64,000 nucleotides of DNA from Candidatus Limnocylindria bacterium (GTDB taxonomy: Bacteria; Chloroflexota; Limnocylindria; QHBO01), in contig DATBJR010000048.1 of NCBI GenBank assembly GCA_036556325.1, positions 299 through 64,298 of the forward strand, in the 5' to 3' direction. A model generated the notes under the pieces. It did no database searches, was not told where the DNA came from, and saw nothing but the letters and a program-made list of their open reading frames with translations. The first letter of the stretch is position 1; the number at the start of each line of letters is the position of its first letter. The translations under genes were made by a program, and so were the position numbers. Shown piece by piece: positions 55,831 to 64,000 of the stretch.

Positions 55831-56982
55831 TTGGACTTCGCCCTATCGCCGCAGCACGAGGAGATCCGCCGCACGGTCCGTGACTTCGCGGAGCGCGAGA
55901 TCATCCCGGTGGCCGACGAGCTGGAGCGCCGCGGCGAGTTCCCGCACGAGATCATCCGCAAGGCTGCCGGGCTGGGACTGCTGGGCGTGCCGTACCCGGA
56001 GGAGGTCGGCGGCACCGGGCTCGACTCCCTGGCGTACGCCATCACCATCGAGGAGCTGTCACGCGCCAGCGGCAGCATCGGCATCATCGTCTCCGCCCAC
56101 ACCAGCCTGGGCTGCAACCCGCTGTTTCTGGCGGGCACGCCCGAGCAGCAGGACCGCTATCTGCGCCCCATGGCCTCGGGCGAGGTGCTGGGGGCGTACG
56201 GGCTGACCGAGCCCGGGGCCGGCTCCGATTCGCGCGGCACCCGCACCCGCGCCCGGCGCGACGGGGCCGAGTGGGTACTGAACGGGTCGAAGCGTTTCAT
56301 CACCAATGCCGGCGTGGCCGGGACCTACATCGTCACCGCCGTGACCGACCGCGAGGCCGACTCCGGAAAGATCAGCGCCTTCATCGTGGAGGCCGATACG
56401 GCCGGCTTCGCCATCGGCCGCATGGAGGAGAAGATGGGCCTCCATGCCTCGAACACCGGTGAGCTGATCTTCGAGGACTGCCGGATTCCGGCCGCCAACC
56501 TGCTGGGCGAGGAGGGCGAGGGGGACAAGCTGTTCCTCAGGACGCTCGACGGCGGGCGCATCGGCATCGGCGCCATGGCGCTGGGGCTGGCCCAGGCCGC
56601 CTACGAGGCGGCATCGGCCTATGCCACGGAGCGCCACCAATTCGACCGACCCATCGCCAGCTTCCAGGGCGTGGCCTTCAAGATCGCCGACATGGCCACC
56701 GGCATCGACGCCGCCCGCCTGCTCGTCTACCGCGCTGCCTGGCTGAAGGACTGCGGCAAGCCGTACACCACCGAGGCGGCCATGGCCAAGCTCTTTGCGT
56801 CCGAGGTGGCGCGGCAGGTCACCAACGACGCGATCCAGGTCCACGGCGGTTACGGCTACGTGACCGAGTACCACGTCGAGCGCTACCTGCGCGACGCGAA
56901 GCTCACCGAGATCGGGGAGGGGACCAGCGAGATCCAGCGGCTGGTGATCGCCCGGAACATTCTGGGCATCCGCGCCATGTAG
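55831..56982 (+). CDS. Acyl-CoA dehydrogenase (short/medium-chain, butyryl-CoA dehydrogenase-like)
   Basis: GAYGLTEPGAGSD, and QVHGGYGYVTEYHVERYLRDAKLTEIGEGTSEIQ containing the catalytic Glu. The TTG start at 55831 has AAGGA 10 nt upstream. Track start 55768 is an alternative. Confidence 0.95.
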   Translation: MDFALSPQHEEIRRTVRDFAEREIIPVADELERRGEFPHEIIRKAAGLGLLGVPYPEEVGGTGLDSLAYAITIEELSRASGSIGIIVSAHTSLGCNPLFLAGTPEQQDRYLRPMASGEVLGAYGLTEPGAGSDSRGTRTRARRDGAEWVLNGSKRFITNAGVAGTYIVTAVTDREADSGKISAFIVEADTAGFAIGRMEEKMGLHASNTGELIFEDCRIPAANLLGEEGEGDKLFLRTLDGGRIGIGAMALGLAQAAYEAASAYATERHQFDRPIASFQGVAFKIADMATGIDAARLLVYRAAWLKDCGKPYTTEAAMAKLFASEVARQVTNDAIQVHGGYGYVTEYHVERYLRDAKLTEIGEGTSEIQRLVIARNILGIRAM

Positions 56983-57145
56983 CTTGCCGGGCCGCGGCGG
57001 CACTGGTGCACAGGTTTCTCAGCGGGCGAGTCTATGGGCCAACGAAGCCCCGTCCGCAGGCTGCTCAGCGGCGAAACTCCCGCTCGGTGGAACAAGCGGC
57101 GCCGGAACTGGCGTTCCCTGGTCGTTAGAACCGTGTGCTGAGAGT

Positions 57146-59122
57146 TCAGCGGTCTGAAGGTCGCACCGGGGCCAGGTCGACGAAGGCATCCAGCGATTCG
57201 GGGTTGGTGAGCGAGCCGCGCGACGCGGCGACCTCGGCCGGCGTCCCGGTGAGGATCCGCTTGATCGGCACCTCCAGCTTCTTGCCCGACAGGGTGCGCG
57301 GGATGCCCGGGACGGCCAGGATCCGATCTGGCACGTGTCGCGGGGACAGCGCATCTCGCAGCTCCGTGCGAATCCGCGAGATGAGCGCCTCGTCCAGGGC
57401 GACGCCATCTCGCAGCGTGACGAAGAGCAGCAGCTCATCGGCCTCCTCGAGGTGGATGACCACGGAATCCGCAATCTCCGGGAAACCCTCGACCACCGCG
57501 TAGAACTCGGCGGTGCCGATGCGCACCCCGCCCCGGTTCAGGGTGGCGTCAGAGCGCCCGCTGATCACGCAGGAGCCGCGCTCGGTGACGGTGATCCAGT
57601 CGCCGTGGCGCCAGACCCCGGGGAACTCGTCGAAGTACGCGGCGCGGTACCGCGAACCGTCGGGATCGTTCCAGAACGACACCGGCATGGAGGGCATGGG
57701 CGCCGTCAGCACGAGCTCACCCTGCTCGCCGACCAGCGAGCTGCCGTCCGGCGCATATGCCTCGACGGCGCAGCCCAGGTGGCGGCAGCTGATTTCGCCC
57801 TCCCACACCGGGACGAGCGGCGAGGCGCCGACGAAGGCGGTGCAGACGTCGGTGCCGCCGGAGACCGATTGCAGGTGGACCGATGGATCGAAGGCGTCGT
57901 AGACCCAGCGGAATCCCTCGGCCGGCAGTGGTGCCCCGGTGGAGCCGATGCCCCTCATGGCGCCGAGCTCCACATCGGCTCCGGGGCGCAGGCCCTCCTT
58001 GCGGCAGGCCATCAGGAACGGCGCGCTGGTGCCGAAGAAGGTCACGCCCTCCTCGGCGGCCATGCGCCACAACGCCATCAGGTCCGGCTCGGCCGGCGAT
58101 CCGTCGTACAGCACCACCGCGGCGTCGACCAGTGGTCCCGAGGCGAGGTAGTTCCACATCATCCAGCCGGTGGTGCTGAACCAGAAGAATCGGTCCGCCG
58201 GTCCAAGGTCGTGGTGCAGGGCGTGAATCTTCCAGTGCTCCAGCAGGATCCCGCCATGGCCGTGGACGATGGGCTTCGGCAGGCCGGTGGTGCCCGACGA
58301 GTAGAGGATGTAGAGCGGGTGGTCGAAGGGCACCGCTTCAAAGGCCAACGGGCCCGGCGCGGCGGTGAGCTCGTCCCAGGAGATGGCATCGGGGATGCGC
58401 CGCTCCCCGGGATGCAGGTAGTCGAGCGCCACGGTGGCCTGCAGGTCCGGCAGCGCCTGGCGGATCGCCGCCACTTCCTCCGCACGCTCCACTTCGCGCC
58501 GGCCGTAGCGATAACCGTCGACGGTGAGCAGCACCTTCGGCTGGACCTGGCCCAGGCGGTCGACCACGCTGCGAACGCCGAACTCCGGCGCGCACGAGGT
58601 CCAGATGGCGCCCAGGCTGGCGGTGGCGTAGAGGCCGATCATCGCCTCCGGCACGTTGGGCAGGAAGGCGGCGACCCGGTCGCCCCGGCCGACGCCCAGC
58701 CGCTGCAGGCCGGCGCGCGCCCGCGCCACCTGGTCCCGCAGCTCGGCCGCGGTGAGTGCCAGCCGCTCGCGGGTCTGGGAGCGGGCGATCATGACCACGT
58801 CGCCGTCAGCCCGGTGCTCGAATCGCAGGGCGTGCTGCGCCCAGTTCAGGCTCGCGCCCGGGAACCAGCGCGCGCCCGGCATGGAGCGGTCCGCCAGGAC
58901 CTGCTCGTACCCGGTGGCCGATGCGACCGCGGCCCGATCCCAGACAGACGCCCAGAAGCCCTCCAGGTCGTTCACGGTCCAGCGCCACAGCTCCTCGTAG
59001 GTGTCGAAGCGGAGTCCACGCTCGGTTGCCAGCCAGTCGAGGTAGCGGCCGACCGCCGCCGTGCGGCGCACGTCAGCGGGCGGGGACCACAGGACCGGCG
59101 GCTGCGACATCGGCCCGATCAT
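57146..59122 (-). CDS. Acetoacetyl-CoA synthetase (AMP-forming acetoacetate-CoA ligase)
   Basis: 658 aa. The N-terminus PVLWSPPADVRRTAAVGRYLDWL...LWRWTVNDLEGFWASVWD is typical of AACS. The AMP-binding motif is YSSGTTGLPKPIVH. ATG 59110 is an alternative start. Confidence 0.95.
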   Translation of the reverse strand: MIGPMSQPPVLWSPPADVRRTAAVGRYLDWLATERGLRFDTYEELWRWTVNDLEGFWASVWDRAAVASATGYEQVLADRSMPGARWFPGASLNWAQHALRFEHRADGDVVMIARSQTRERLALTAAELRDQVARARAGLQRLGVGRGDRVAAFLPNVPEAMIGLYATASLGAIWTSCAPEFGVRSVVDRLGQVQPKVLLTVDGYRYGRREVERAEEVAAIRQALPDLQATVALDYLHPGERRIPDAISWDELTAAPGPLAFEAVPFDHPLYILYSSGTTGLPKPIVHGHGGILLEHWKIHALHHDLGPADRFFWFSTTGWMMWNYLASGPLVDAAVVLYDGSPAEPDLMALWRMAAEEGVTFFGTSAPFLMACRKEGLRPGADVELGAMRGIGSTGAPLPAEGFRWVYDAFDPSVHLQSVSGGTDVCTAFVGASPLVPVWEGEISCRHLGCAVEAYAPDGSSLVGEQGELVLTAPMPSMPVSFWNDPDGSRYRAAYFDEFPGVWRHGDWITVTERGSCVISGRSDATLNRGGVRIGTAEFYAVVEGFPEIADSVVIHLEEADELLLFVTLRDGVALDEALISRIRTELRDALSPRHVPDRILAVPGIPRTLSGKKLEVPIKRILTGTPAEVAASRGSLTNPESLDAFVDLAPVRPSDR

Positions 59123-59177
59123 GCCACCAAGCGGGCTATAGTCGGGCGCAACCCCGCGCCCCTAGGATCGGCTGGCG

Positions 59178-61073
59178 ATGGAACCGATGGGAGCTCGCCT
59201 TCCCGAGCTGGACATGCACCTGGAGCGGCAGATGCGCTCGCAGGAGCGGCAGCTGGCCATCCTGCGGGCAGCGATCGCCGGCGCAGCGCTGATCACGATC
59301 GTCCTGCTGCGCGGCCAGATCGCCGCCTTCCCGTGGCTCGCCGGCCTGGCGGTGGCGGCCATCCTGTATTCCGGCGGTATCCTGCTGCTGGTCGGGCACT
59401 TCCCGGTGCGCGAGATCGGCATCGTGGCCACGGCGCTGGACATGATCGTGGTCACGCTGGCGATCTACGTGGCGCCGAACGCGCTGGACGCGTTCCTCTT
59501 CTACCTGCCGGTGATGCTCGGCGTCGCCCTGCGCTACGGGCTGGCGGCATCGGTCTGGGCCTCGATCGTCATCGGCTTCATGTACGCCTCCGTCATCGTG
59601 GCCACCACCGGCGTGGATGCGCCGGCCCGGCAGCTGGTGGGCATCCGCCTGGCGTACGTGCTGGGGATCGGCCTGGCGGCGGGCCTCTACGCCCGGGTGG
59701 CCATTGGCCGCGCCACCGAGAACGCGCAGCTCCAGCAGCGCCTGGCCGAGGAGGAGCGCGAGGCCGTGCGCCGCCACGAGGCCGAGCTGCTCAGCCAGCT
59801 GGCTCGCGAGTTCGGCACGTCGCTGGACCCGCGAGAGACATCACTGGCCATCGTGCGGGCCGCGGCGCCGCTGCTGGGCGACCTGACCTGGCTGCTGCTG
59901 GTGCAGCGTGCCGACCCCGTCGATCCCGGATCGCTGGGACTCGCCCTGGCCGAGGCCGACGGCCGCGACTCGGCGCTGGTCGAGCGGCTGCGCGAGCATC
60001 TGTCGCAGCGCCGGCTGCGGCTCGGCGAAGGAGTGGTCGGCGCGGCGGCCGCGACCGTGACCCCGCTGCTGGCCGCGCAGCCGCTGCGTGCCGATGCCGG
60101 CGACCCCGACGCGATCACGGCCCTGGGTCTGAGCTCGCTGCTGGCCGCGCCCATCGTCTGGCGCGGCACGGTGCGCGGCGTGCTCGCCTCGGCGAGCACC
60201 GCGGCTCCGCAGCTGGGCCAGGGGGAGCTGCGCCTGGCGGCGGCCATCGCGGAACGGGCCGCACCCGCGCTGGACAACGCGGCGCTGTGGGGCGACCTGC
60301 AGGAGCAGATGCGCCGCGAGCAGCGGGCGCAGCGCATCAAGGATGACTTCCTCTCCATCGTCAGCCACGAGCTGCGGACGCCGCTGACCAGCATCCAGGG
60401 CTATGCGCAGCTGCTCGAGGGACGCATGCGCGATTCGTCTGGCGCCAAGGAGCTGTCGCAGGTGCGCGTCATCCGCTCGCAGGTGACCCGTATGCGGCGC
60501 CTGGTCGAGGACCTCCTCGACGTCAGCCGCATCGACCGGCGCGGCGGGGTGAGCATCGAGCCGGAGCCACTGGACCTGGCCGAGGAGATCCGCGAGGCCG
60601 TCTCGCGCACCAGTCGTGAGCATCCGCAGCGCACGATCACCGCCGAGCTGCCGGAGACGCTTCCCATCCGGGCGGATCGCGACCGCGTGGGCCAGGTCCT
60701 GACCAACCTGCTCGACAACGCGGTGAAGTACTCGCCCGATGGCGGGCCGGTCTCGGTCCGCGCGCGGGCGGCGGGCGACGGGGTTGAGGTGGCGGTGCTG
60801 GATACCGGCATCGGCATCAGCCCCGAGCAGGCGGACGTCATCTTCGAGCGCTTCTTCCAGGCCGACGTCGACGCCGGACGCCGCTTCGGCGGCCTGGGGC
60901 TGGGCCTCTACATCACGCGAGCCATCGTCGAGGCGCACGGCGGCGAGATCTCGGCGCGGCCGAACGCCGAGGCGGGCCACGGCACCGAGATCCGCTTCAC
61001 CCTGCCGCGCGTGGCGCGCGTCACGACGCCCATCACCGAGCCCATCCCGCCCTTCGTCGCCCGCCGCGGCTAG
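59178..61073 (+). CDS. Orphan sensor histidine kinase (polytopic membrane domain - GAF - HisKA - HATPase)
   Basis: About 5-6 N-terminal TM helices and a GAF-like middle region. H-box FLSIVSHELRTPLTSI, N-box LLDNAVKYSP, G-box GLGLGLYITRAIV. There is no adjacent response regulator. Confidence 0.9.
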   Translation: MEPMGARLPELDMHLERQMRSQERQLAILRAAIAGAALITIVLLRGQIAAFPWLAGLAVAAILYSGGILLLVGHFPVREIGIVATALDMIVVTLAIYVAPNALDAFLFYLPVMLGVALRYGLAASVWASIVIGFMYASVIVATTGVDAPARQLVGIRLAYVLGIGLAAGLYARVAIGRATENAQLQQRLAEEEREAVRRHEAELLSQLAREFGTSLDPRETSLAIVRAAAPLLGDLTWLLLVQRADPVDPGSLGLALAEADGRDSALVERLREHLSQRRLRLGEGVVGAAAATVTPLLAAQPLRADAGDPDAITALGLSSLLAAPIVWRGTVRGVLASASTAAPQLGQGELRLAAAIAERAAPALDNAALWGDLQEQMRREQRAQRIKDDFLSIVSHELRTPLTSIQGYAQLLEGRMRDSSGAKELSQVRVIRSQVTRMRRLVEDLLDVSRIDRRGGVSIEPEPLDLAEEIREAVSRTSREHPQRTITAELPETLPIRADRDRVGQVLTNLLDNAVKYSPDGGPVSVRARAAGDGVEVAVLDTGIGISPEQADVIFERFFQADVDAGRRFGGLGLGLYITRAIVEAHGGEISARPNAEAGHGTEIRFTLPRVARVTTPITEPIPPFVARRG

Positions 61074-61076
61074 ACT
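61071..61076 (+). promoter_or_regulatory. -10-like TAGACT, 8 nt before ATG 61085
   Basis: The hexamer overlaps the kinase stop codon TAG. There is no SD. Confidence 0.4.
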
Positions 61077-61084
61077 CGGGGCCC

Positions 61085-62431
61085 ATGCCCCCCGTCCGTG
61101 CCTTTCGGCCGATCACCTATGCCCCGCAGCGCTTCGCATCCCCGGAGGTGGCGGCGCGCATCCGCCTTCCCGATGAGCCAGGCGCACGGCCCGGCGCAGG
61201 GCGCGCGGTCAGCGACCTGACCGAGGTCGTCTGCCCGCCCTACGACGTCATCGACGAGCCGCTGCGTGAGCGGCTGCTGGCCCGGGACCCGCACAACGCG
61301 GTGCGGCTTGAGTTCCCACCCGGCGAGGATCCGCATCATGCCGCCGCAGCTGCGCTCCGCGACTGGCTCACCGATGGGACGCTGGCGCGACGGCCGGCGG
61401 CAGCGGTCTACTACTACGCCTTCGCCACCGCCGACATGCCGGATGAGCCCACCGTCCCGGGAGTGCTGGCGCAGGTGCTGCTGGAGCCGTACGGCGGCGA
61501 CGTGCGAGCCCACGAGCACACCATGCCGGGTCCCAAGGCCGACCGGCTGGCGCACCTCCAGGCGACGCGCACCCAGGTGTCGCCGATCCTGGCCATCTAC
61601 TTCGACGCCAGCGAACGCTATCGCCACGTCATGGGCCGAGCCTGGACCGACGAGTGGCGGGCCCGCGACGAGGACGGCCTGCTGCACACCGCCGGTGAGG
61701 TGGAGGCCGATGACCGGCTGCTCGGCTACCTGTCGCGCCAGCGGCTGTACATCGCCGATGGGCACCACCGCTACGAGACGGCGCTGGCCTACCAGGCCGA
61801 GGTGCGCGCCAATCCGGCTCTTGCCGGCGCCGCGCCCGGGGAGCTGGCCGCCGACTGGGTGATGATGGTCCTGGTCAACGCCGAGCTCGAGGAGCTGCGG
61901 GTGCTGCCGACCCATCGGCTCCTGCGCCGCGTCGACGCGGAGGCGCTGGAGCGCCTGGCGCGCGGCGAGGTCGATCCGTGGCGTAGTGGCGCCCTGGCCG
62001 AGGAAGAGCTGCTGACCGTGCTGGGCCAGGGAGACGCGGAGCCCGTCTTCGGGCTGCTGCTCCCCGGCGGCCGCAGCTTCGTCCTGCGCATCGGCCGCGA
62101 GGCAGCGGGGGAGCGCATGCGCCGCGAACGCGTCAGCACCGCCGTCGCCAAGCTCGACCTGGCCGTCCTGCAGGCGGCGCTGCTGGATGACGTGTTGACC
62201 ATCGGCTCCGCCGACGTCGCGGCCGGCGAGCGGCTCACCTACACTAGGTCCGCGACCGAGGCGCGCAGTGCGGTGGAGGCTGGAGAGGTCCAGGCAGCCA
62301 TCCTGGTGCGTCCCACGAGCCTCGAGCAGATTGCCGCGGTGGCGAGCGCGGGGGACGTGATGCCGCAGAAGTCAACCTACTTCTACCCGAAGCTGCTGAC
62401 GGGCATGGCATTCAATCCGTTGGAGGGCTGA
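61085..62431 (+). CDS. DUF1015-family protein
   Basis: MPPVRAFRPITY...VVCPPYDVI...HEHTMPGPKADRL...YIADGHHRYETAL matches my memory of the DUF1015 conserved blocks. Confidence 0.88.
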   Translation: MPPVRAFRPITYAPQRFASPEVAARIRLPDEPGARPGAGRAVSDLTEVVCPPYDVIDEPLRERLLARDPHNAVRLEFPPGEDPHHAAAAALRDWLTDGTLARRPAAAVYYYAFATADMPDEPTVPGVLAQVLLEPYGGDVRAHEHTMPGPKADRLAHLQATRTQVSPILAIYFDASERYRHVMGRAWTDEWRARDEDGLLHTAGEVEADDRLLGYLSRQRLYIADGHHRYETALAYQAEVRANPALAGAAPGELAADWVMMVLVNAELEELRVLPTHRLLRRVDAEALERLARGEVDPWRSGALAEEELLTVLGQGDAEPVFGLLLPGGRSFVLRIGREAAGERMRRERVSTAVAKLDLAVLQAALLDDVLTIGSADVAAGERLTYTRSATEARSAVEAGEVQAAILVRPTSLEQIAAVASAGDVMPQKSTYFYPKLLTGMAFNPLEG

Positions 62432-62440
62432 TCGAGAGCC

Positions 62441-63307
62441 GTGGTCCAGGCCATCAAGCGCGACGAGGTCTACATCGAGCCGGAAGGCATCTACGTCGAG
62501 ACGCACCAGCCGGAACGCCGCAGCCGCAAGCCCCCACTCCTCCTCGTCCACGGCGCGCTGGCCGGGTCATGGATGTGGTCGAGCTTCGCGGCCTACTTCG
62601 CCGAACGTGGCTGGGAAGCGCACGCCATGAACTTCCGCGGCCACTACACCTCCGACCTGGCCGACCTGTCGACGGTCACCATGCGCGACTACGCGGACGA
62701 CATCGGCGTCGCGGTGCGCCAGCTCGGCCGCCCGCCGGTCGTCATCGGCTGGGGGATCGGCGCGCTGGCGGCGATGCTGTACGCCGAACGCGCCCCCGTC
62801 CTGGGCCTGGTGCTGCTGGCGCCCTCGCCGCCGGCCGCGGCGCTGCCGCGCCGGCCGAGCGACCACGAGCTGAAGGACGTGCCGCCGGTCTACGACGCGC
62901 GCTGGTGGGGCTGGATCACCGACTGGGACCGGCTGCACGAGACGATGCCGGACATGGGCGACGAGGCGCTGGAGAAGATGCAGGAGATGCTCGACGGCGC
63001 CCGGGAGTCGGGCAGCGCGCGCCGAGAGCGGATGCGGGGCGTCAACGTCGACACGGCACGCATTGACGTCCCGGCCCTTGTCATCGCCGCGGGGCGCGAC
63101 GACGTGATCCACCCGACCGAGGCGCGGCGCACCGCCGACCTCCTCGGCGCGGGCTATGAATACATCCCATCGGCCTCCCACTTCGGCCTGGTGATGGGCG
63201 AGGAGACGTGGCCGCAGGTCGCGGCCGCCGTCCTGGGCTGGCTCGAGGAACGGCGGCACGCCATGACGGCCTCCCTGGCGACGGCGGGCGCCGGAGCCGG
63301 GAGCTGA
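62441..63307 (+). CDS. Alpha/beta-hydrolase-fold protein lacking the nucleophile serine
   Basis: LLLVHGALAGSWMW matches the oxyanion region. The nucleophile elbow reads VVIGWGIGALAAM (G-W-G-I-G instead of G-x-S-x-G). The Asp (AAGRDDVI) and His (SASHFG) positions are retained. GTG start. Confidence 0.8.
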   Translation: MVQAIKRDEVYIEPEGIYVETHQPERRSRKPPLLLVHGALAGSWMWSSFAAYFAERGWEAHAMNFRGHYTSDLADLSTVTMRDYADDIGVAVRQLGRPPVVIGWGIGALAAMLYAERAPVLGLVLLAPSPPAAALPRRPSDHELKDVPPVYDARWWGWITDWDRLHETMPDMGDEALEKMQEMLDGARESGSARRERMRGVNVDTARIDVPALVIAAGRDDVIHPTEARRTADLLGAGYEYIPSASHFGLVMGEETWPQVAAAVLGWLEERRHAMTASLATAGAGAGS

Positions 63308-63403
63308 ACGAGCGCGCCGCGGGGCGGTGCAGTGATTGTGCCTGCCAATCGTGACCGGACGGTCCGGCCACGGGGGAGCTGAGGAGACAACAGGAGGAGA
63401 TTC

Positions 63404-64000
63404 GTGAAGAGTCCCATTTCAATCGGCCGGCGCATGCGAAGCGTCGCCATCGGCCTGGCCATGGCGCTCGTCTTCGCGACGGCCGGCATGGCCATCGGCA
63501 CGGTGATCAACGGGGTGGAGATCATCACGCCGAAGCATGCGGATGACATCACCAACATCGACGTCCTGCGCCGCGAGATCAAGAACTACTACGGCACGCC
63601 CGACGCCAGCACCGGGTCCGCGCCGGATGCAGGCTGGACGCTGCCGCTGAATCTGGACAGCAACTATGCCAAGGAAGCACGGTCCATGGCCGCCAAGGGT
63701 CGGCACTTCCTGCACCAGCATGCGGACGACCCGGGCAAGCTGGCGATCGTGCTGGATGTCGACGACACGACGCTGACGACCTGGAACTACGAGCTCTACA
63801 GCAACTGGGACTACAACCCGGCGACCAACGGCCAGTTCGTCACTGACCAGCTGTTCCCGGCCACGCCGGGCATGGTCCGGCTCGCGCGACGGGCCCACAA
63901 CCTGGGCTATGCGGTCTTCTTCCTGACCGGCCGGCCGCAGGCGCAGGAGGAGGCCACGCTCGGCAACCTGACCCATGACGGCATCGGCGTGGACGCCCAT
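63404..64000 (+). CDS. Class-B/HAD-IIIB acid phosphatase (secreted), C-terminus cut by window edge
   Basis: Not in the ORF track because there is no stop in the window. An AGGAGGA RBS lies 5 nt upstream of GTG 63404. My translation gives VKSPISIGRRMRSVAIGLAMALVFATAG (signal), then LAIVLDVDDTTLTTWNYE (DxDxT) and VFFLTGRPQ. The antisense track ORF 63419..64000 is rejected. Confidence 0.8.
   Translation, partial: MKSPISIGRRMRSVAIGLAMALVFATAGMAIGTVINGVEIITPKHADDITNIDVLRREIKNYYGTPDASTGSAPDAGWTLPLNLDSNYAKEARSMAAKGRHFLHQHADDPGKLAIVLDVDDTTLTTWNYELYSNWDYNPATNGQFVTDQLFPATPGMVRLARRAHNLGYAVFFLTGRPQAQEEATLGNLTHDGIGVDAH

Noticed and set aside
57003-57145. Lower-GC 143-nt gap between the convergent dehydrogenase and synthetase genes, as a possible sRNA or terminator
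   Set aside because: I could find only weak 5-bp stems (AGCGG/CCGCT, GGAAC/GTTCC), with no U-tract and no conserved-looking structure. The evidence is insufficient.
57335-60346. 1003-aa ORF on the + strand, the longest in the track
   Set aside because: It runs antisense to the well-supported acetoacetyl-CoA synthetase gene and then out of frame through the histidine kinase. Its translation is Arg/Gly/Ala/Pro-rich low-complexity sequence with no motif. This is a typical high-GC shadow ORF.
63419-64000. 193-aa minus-strand ORF at the right edge
   Set aside because: The opposite (+) frame from GTG 63404 has a strong AGGAGGA RBS, a signal peptide and the DxDxT acid-phosphatase motif. The minus ORF is its shadow.

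Overview
Dense, high-GC (by eye about 70%, not computed) chromosomal segment that looks like an Actinomycetota- or Chloroflexota-type core genome. Supporting signs are F420/LLM enzymes, many 4-nt start/stop overlaps, and many apparently leaderless genes. I support 68 protein-coding genes. Two of them are truncated by the window edges and absent from the supplied ORF track: a secreted zinc peptidase at 1..1751(-) and a class-B acid phosphatase at 63404..64000(+). I found no rRNA, tRNA, CRISPR array, transposase, integrase or phage genes. Main themes: (i) an ArsR-thioredoxin redox module; (ii) exported peptidases and cell-wall enzymes (S9 peptidase, CapA-like, VanY/M15); (iii) an ECF42-type sigma factor with its YCII/DGPF partner; (iv) a four-subunit 2-oxoacid:ferredoxin oxidoreductase (delta-alpha-beta-gamma); (v) a scattered short-chain acyl-CoA/beta-oxidation set (four crotonase-fold enzymes, 3-hydroxyacyl-CoA dehydrogenase, thiolase, acyl-CoA dehydrogenase, acetoacetyl-CoA synthetase); (vi) two paralogous polyamine-type ABC importer loci with amine-catabolic enzymes, only one of which has an ATPase gene; (vii) two histidine-kinase loci. 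The best candidate for an undescribed system is the translationally coupled operon at 42011..46827 (possibly extending to 47752). It joins an orphan secretion-type (T2SSE/VirB11-like) P-loop ATPase, a BchI/ChlI-like AAA+ with deviant Walker motifs, a DUF1232 membrane protein and a large coiled-coil/VWA-MIDAS protein, with no chelatase H/N subunit and no secretion apparatus nearby. Secondary observations: an OFOR beta subunit with a 221-aa repeat-bearing tail; a crotonase fused to a zinc ribbon; an alpha/beta-hydrolase lacking its nucleophile serine; a candidate 42-aa basic small protein with its own terminator; a textbook MerR/TipA 19-bp-spacer promoter; a shared palindromic operator in the amine-catabolic operon; and a recurrent TANNNT-N6-9-ATG leaderless promoter pattern. 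All family assignments come from reading motifs in the translations. No database search was run.
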